Shown here: positions 45,839-47,034 of the stretch, piece by piece
How positions within the stretch are numbered: position 1 is the first letter of the stretch
How the letters are laid out: every line of letters starts with the position of its first letter
IMG/VR virus record: IMGVR_UViG_3300035670_000361
Location: 1-47,034 of that record
Source of the DNA: a virus
Lineage: Duplodnaviria; Caudoviricetes
Direction: 5' to 3' (one strand)
DNA length: 47,034 bases
Made by a program: the position numbers and the translations under genes
Notes under the pieces: generated by a model
The model's input: only the letters and a program-made list of their open reading frames with translations
What the model was told of the DNA's origin: nothing
The model's database searches: none

Positions 45839-46149
45839 TACACAACTGGACTGATGGTCACGGAGCGGTTCGCCAGAGTGAGATTTGTGGGGAATTTGAC
45901 CGTGGGGAATTCCACTGGGTAACGGTCTGGGATGATCGGGCGGAGGAGTTCGTAACGCTGGAGGCTGGCCCGAAGGTGCTGCGGGGCATGGAAGCTCTGG
46001 AGACGTTCACCGAGGACGAGCAATCGACCCTGTGGGAGCTAGCCTGCGAGATGGCCGCTGATATGTCGGACCGTGATTTGGCCCGTGCCGTGATCGCTGA
46101 AATGGGAGTCTCGGAATTCCGGGAATGGCTCGAGAGTGATTGGCTCTGA
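45835..46149 (+). CDS. Acidic hypothetical protein (104 aa)
   Basis: ATGA overlap; about 25 D/E versus 8 K/R by hand count. Confidence 0.7.
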   Translation: MIHNWTDGHGAVRQSEICGEFDRGEFHWVTVWDDRAEEFVTLEAGPKVLRGMEALETFTEDEQSTLWELACEMAADMSDRDLARAVIAEMGVSEFREWLESDWL

Positions 46150-46356
46150 GGCTGTCAATACAGTCTTTAACTAAGGCCCCGGGGTTAGGGCCATACGCGG
46201 GCGCGGCCGTATTAGGGCAGGGCCACAATACCGTGCAGACAGGGCCGCAGCTCTACATAGCCAGGGCCGTATGCTCTACGCAGACGGTGCGGCCATCGCC
46301 GTACCAAGTGGTCACCGTTCTCAAACAAGAAACTAACTGTTGGCTAAAGATTTCTG

Positions 46357-46385
46357 TTGACAGCTCCTGCATTCGGTACTATATT
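46357..46385 (+). promoter_or_regulatory. Strong sigma70-type promoter
   Basis: TTGACA-17 nt-TATATT. Confidence 0.8.
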
Positions 46386-46440
46386 GAATACATCGAAACG
46401 CAATGACGCGCTCGACAATGTGATAAAAGGAAAACACACC

Positions 46441-46701
46441 ATGACCACGAAAATCGCAAAACCCGCCAAACCCGTTGACGCCGCACCGAAGGCCGTGAAA
46501 GCTGTTCGCGTTGCAGGAGGTGGCACGTTCACCACGGTCGACCTCGCCGCCGAGCACAAGATGAACCCCAAGACCCTGCGCGCTCGCATTCGCCGCAATA
46601 TCGACAAATGGCAGGCCCTGTTCAAGGACGGCACCAAGCACGTCTTCCCTGACAATGCCGCCACCCGCAAGGCCGTCGAAGCGCTGCTCGCCGCTGCCTG
46701 A
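46441..46701 (+). CDS. Small basic HTH-like DNA-binding protein (86 aa)
   Basis: AAAGGA RBS; FTTVDLAAEHKMNPKTLRARIRR; Lys/Ala/Pro-rich N-terminal tail. Confidence 0.75.
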   Translation: MTTKIAKPAKPVDAAPKAVKAVRVAGGGTFTTVDLAAEHKMNPKTLRARIRRNIDKWQALFKDGTKHVFPDNAATRKAVEALLAAA

Positions 46702-46811
46702 CGCCTACAGCGGGGCACATGAAACAACGTGTGCCCTGCCACCCATCGGAGGGAGTACCATGATCATCATCGCCGTCGTCGTGTCCGTGATTGTATGCTG
46801 GCAGGTGGCCA

Positions 46812-46925
46812 ATGCCACGTCCTAACATACCCGTCTACCGTGATCCGCTTGCCATCGTTGCCATCGTGTATACCGCGATCCACTACCATGGCATCTATAA
46901 GTTGATCCTGACCCTCCTGCCCTGA
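46812..46925 (+). CDS. 37-aa hydrophobic peptide running into the terminal repeat
   Basis: MPRPNIPVYRDPLAIVAIVYTAIHYHGIYKLILTLLP; AGGTG RBS; stops just before the terminator hairpin. Confidence 0.35.
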   Translation: MPRPNIPVYRDPLAIVAIVYTAIHYHGIYKLILTLLP

Positions 46926-47034
46926 CCGTTTATATCGCGCCCCGCTCCGACCATGGACGGGGTGCTTTTTTTATAGAGATGGCCCTAGGGGGTGGACCGG
47001 CTCCGTTCTATAGCCCCAAGGTTTTGGTCCACTA
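46838..47034. repeat. Right direct terminal repeat (197 bp)
   Basis: Matches 1-197 with one substitution. Confidence 0.95.

Overview
The window appears to be a complete, probably lytic, tailed dsDNA phage genome (siphovirus type, most likely infecting an alphaproteobacterium), bounded by a 197-bp direct terminal repeat with one mismatch. The + strand from about 1.8 to 24.7 kb carries a near-complete gene-transfer-agent-like (RcGTA-like) packaging, head and tail module, followed by a four-gene lysis cassette. The - strand from 24.8 to 36.9 kb is a replication and nucleotide-metabolism operon: SNF2 helicase, VRR-NUC, SSB-like protein, AAA ATPase, Cas4-like exonuclease, PolA with a UDG-like N-terminus, dCMP deaminase, DEDD exonuclease, two divergent thymidylate-synthase-fold genes, a MazG-like pyrophosphatase and a dNMP kinase. 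A Cro-like gene and a primase-helicase read divergently from it. The 39-47 kb region holds early/accessory genes (denV, SprT-like protease, many small ORFs) and a palindromic AT-rich putative origin. No integrase, tRNA, rRNA or CRISPR array was seen. Main points of interest: (1) a pair of TS-fold genes, both with the cytosine-specifying Asp, suggesting a cytosine-modification pathway; (2) a second, miniaturised major-capsid paralog among the early genes; (3) near-total absence of GAWTC although GASTC is common; (4) a probable head spike carrying an SGNH esterase. All calls come from reading motifs by eye; no database searches were run.
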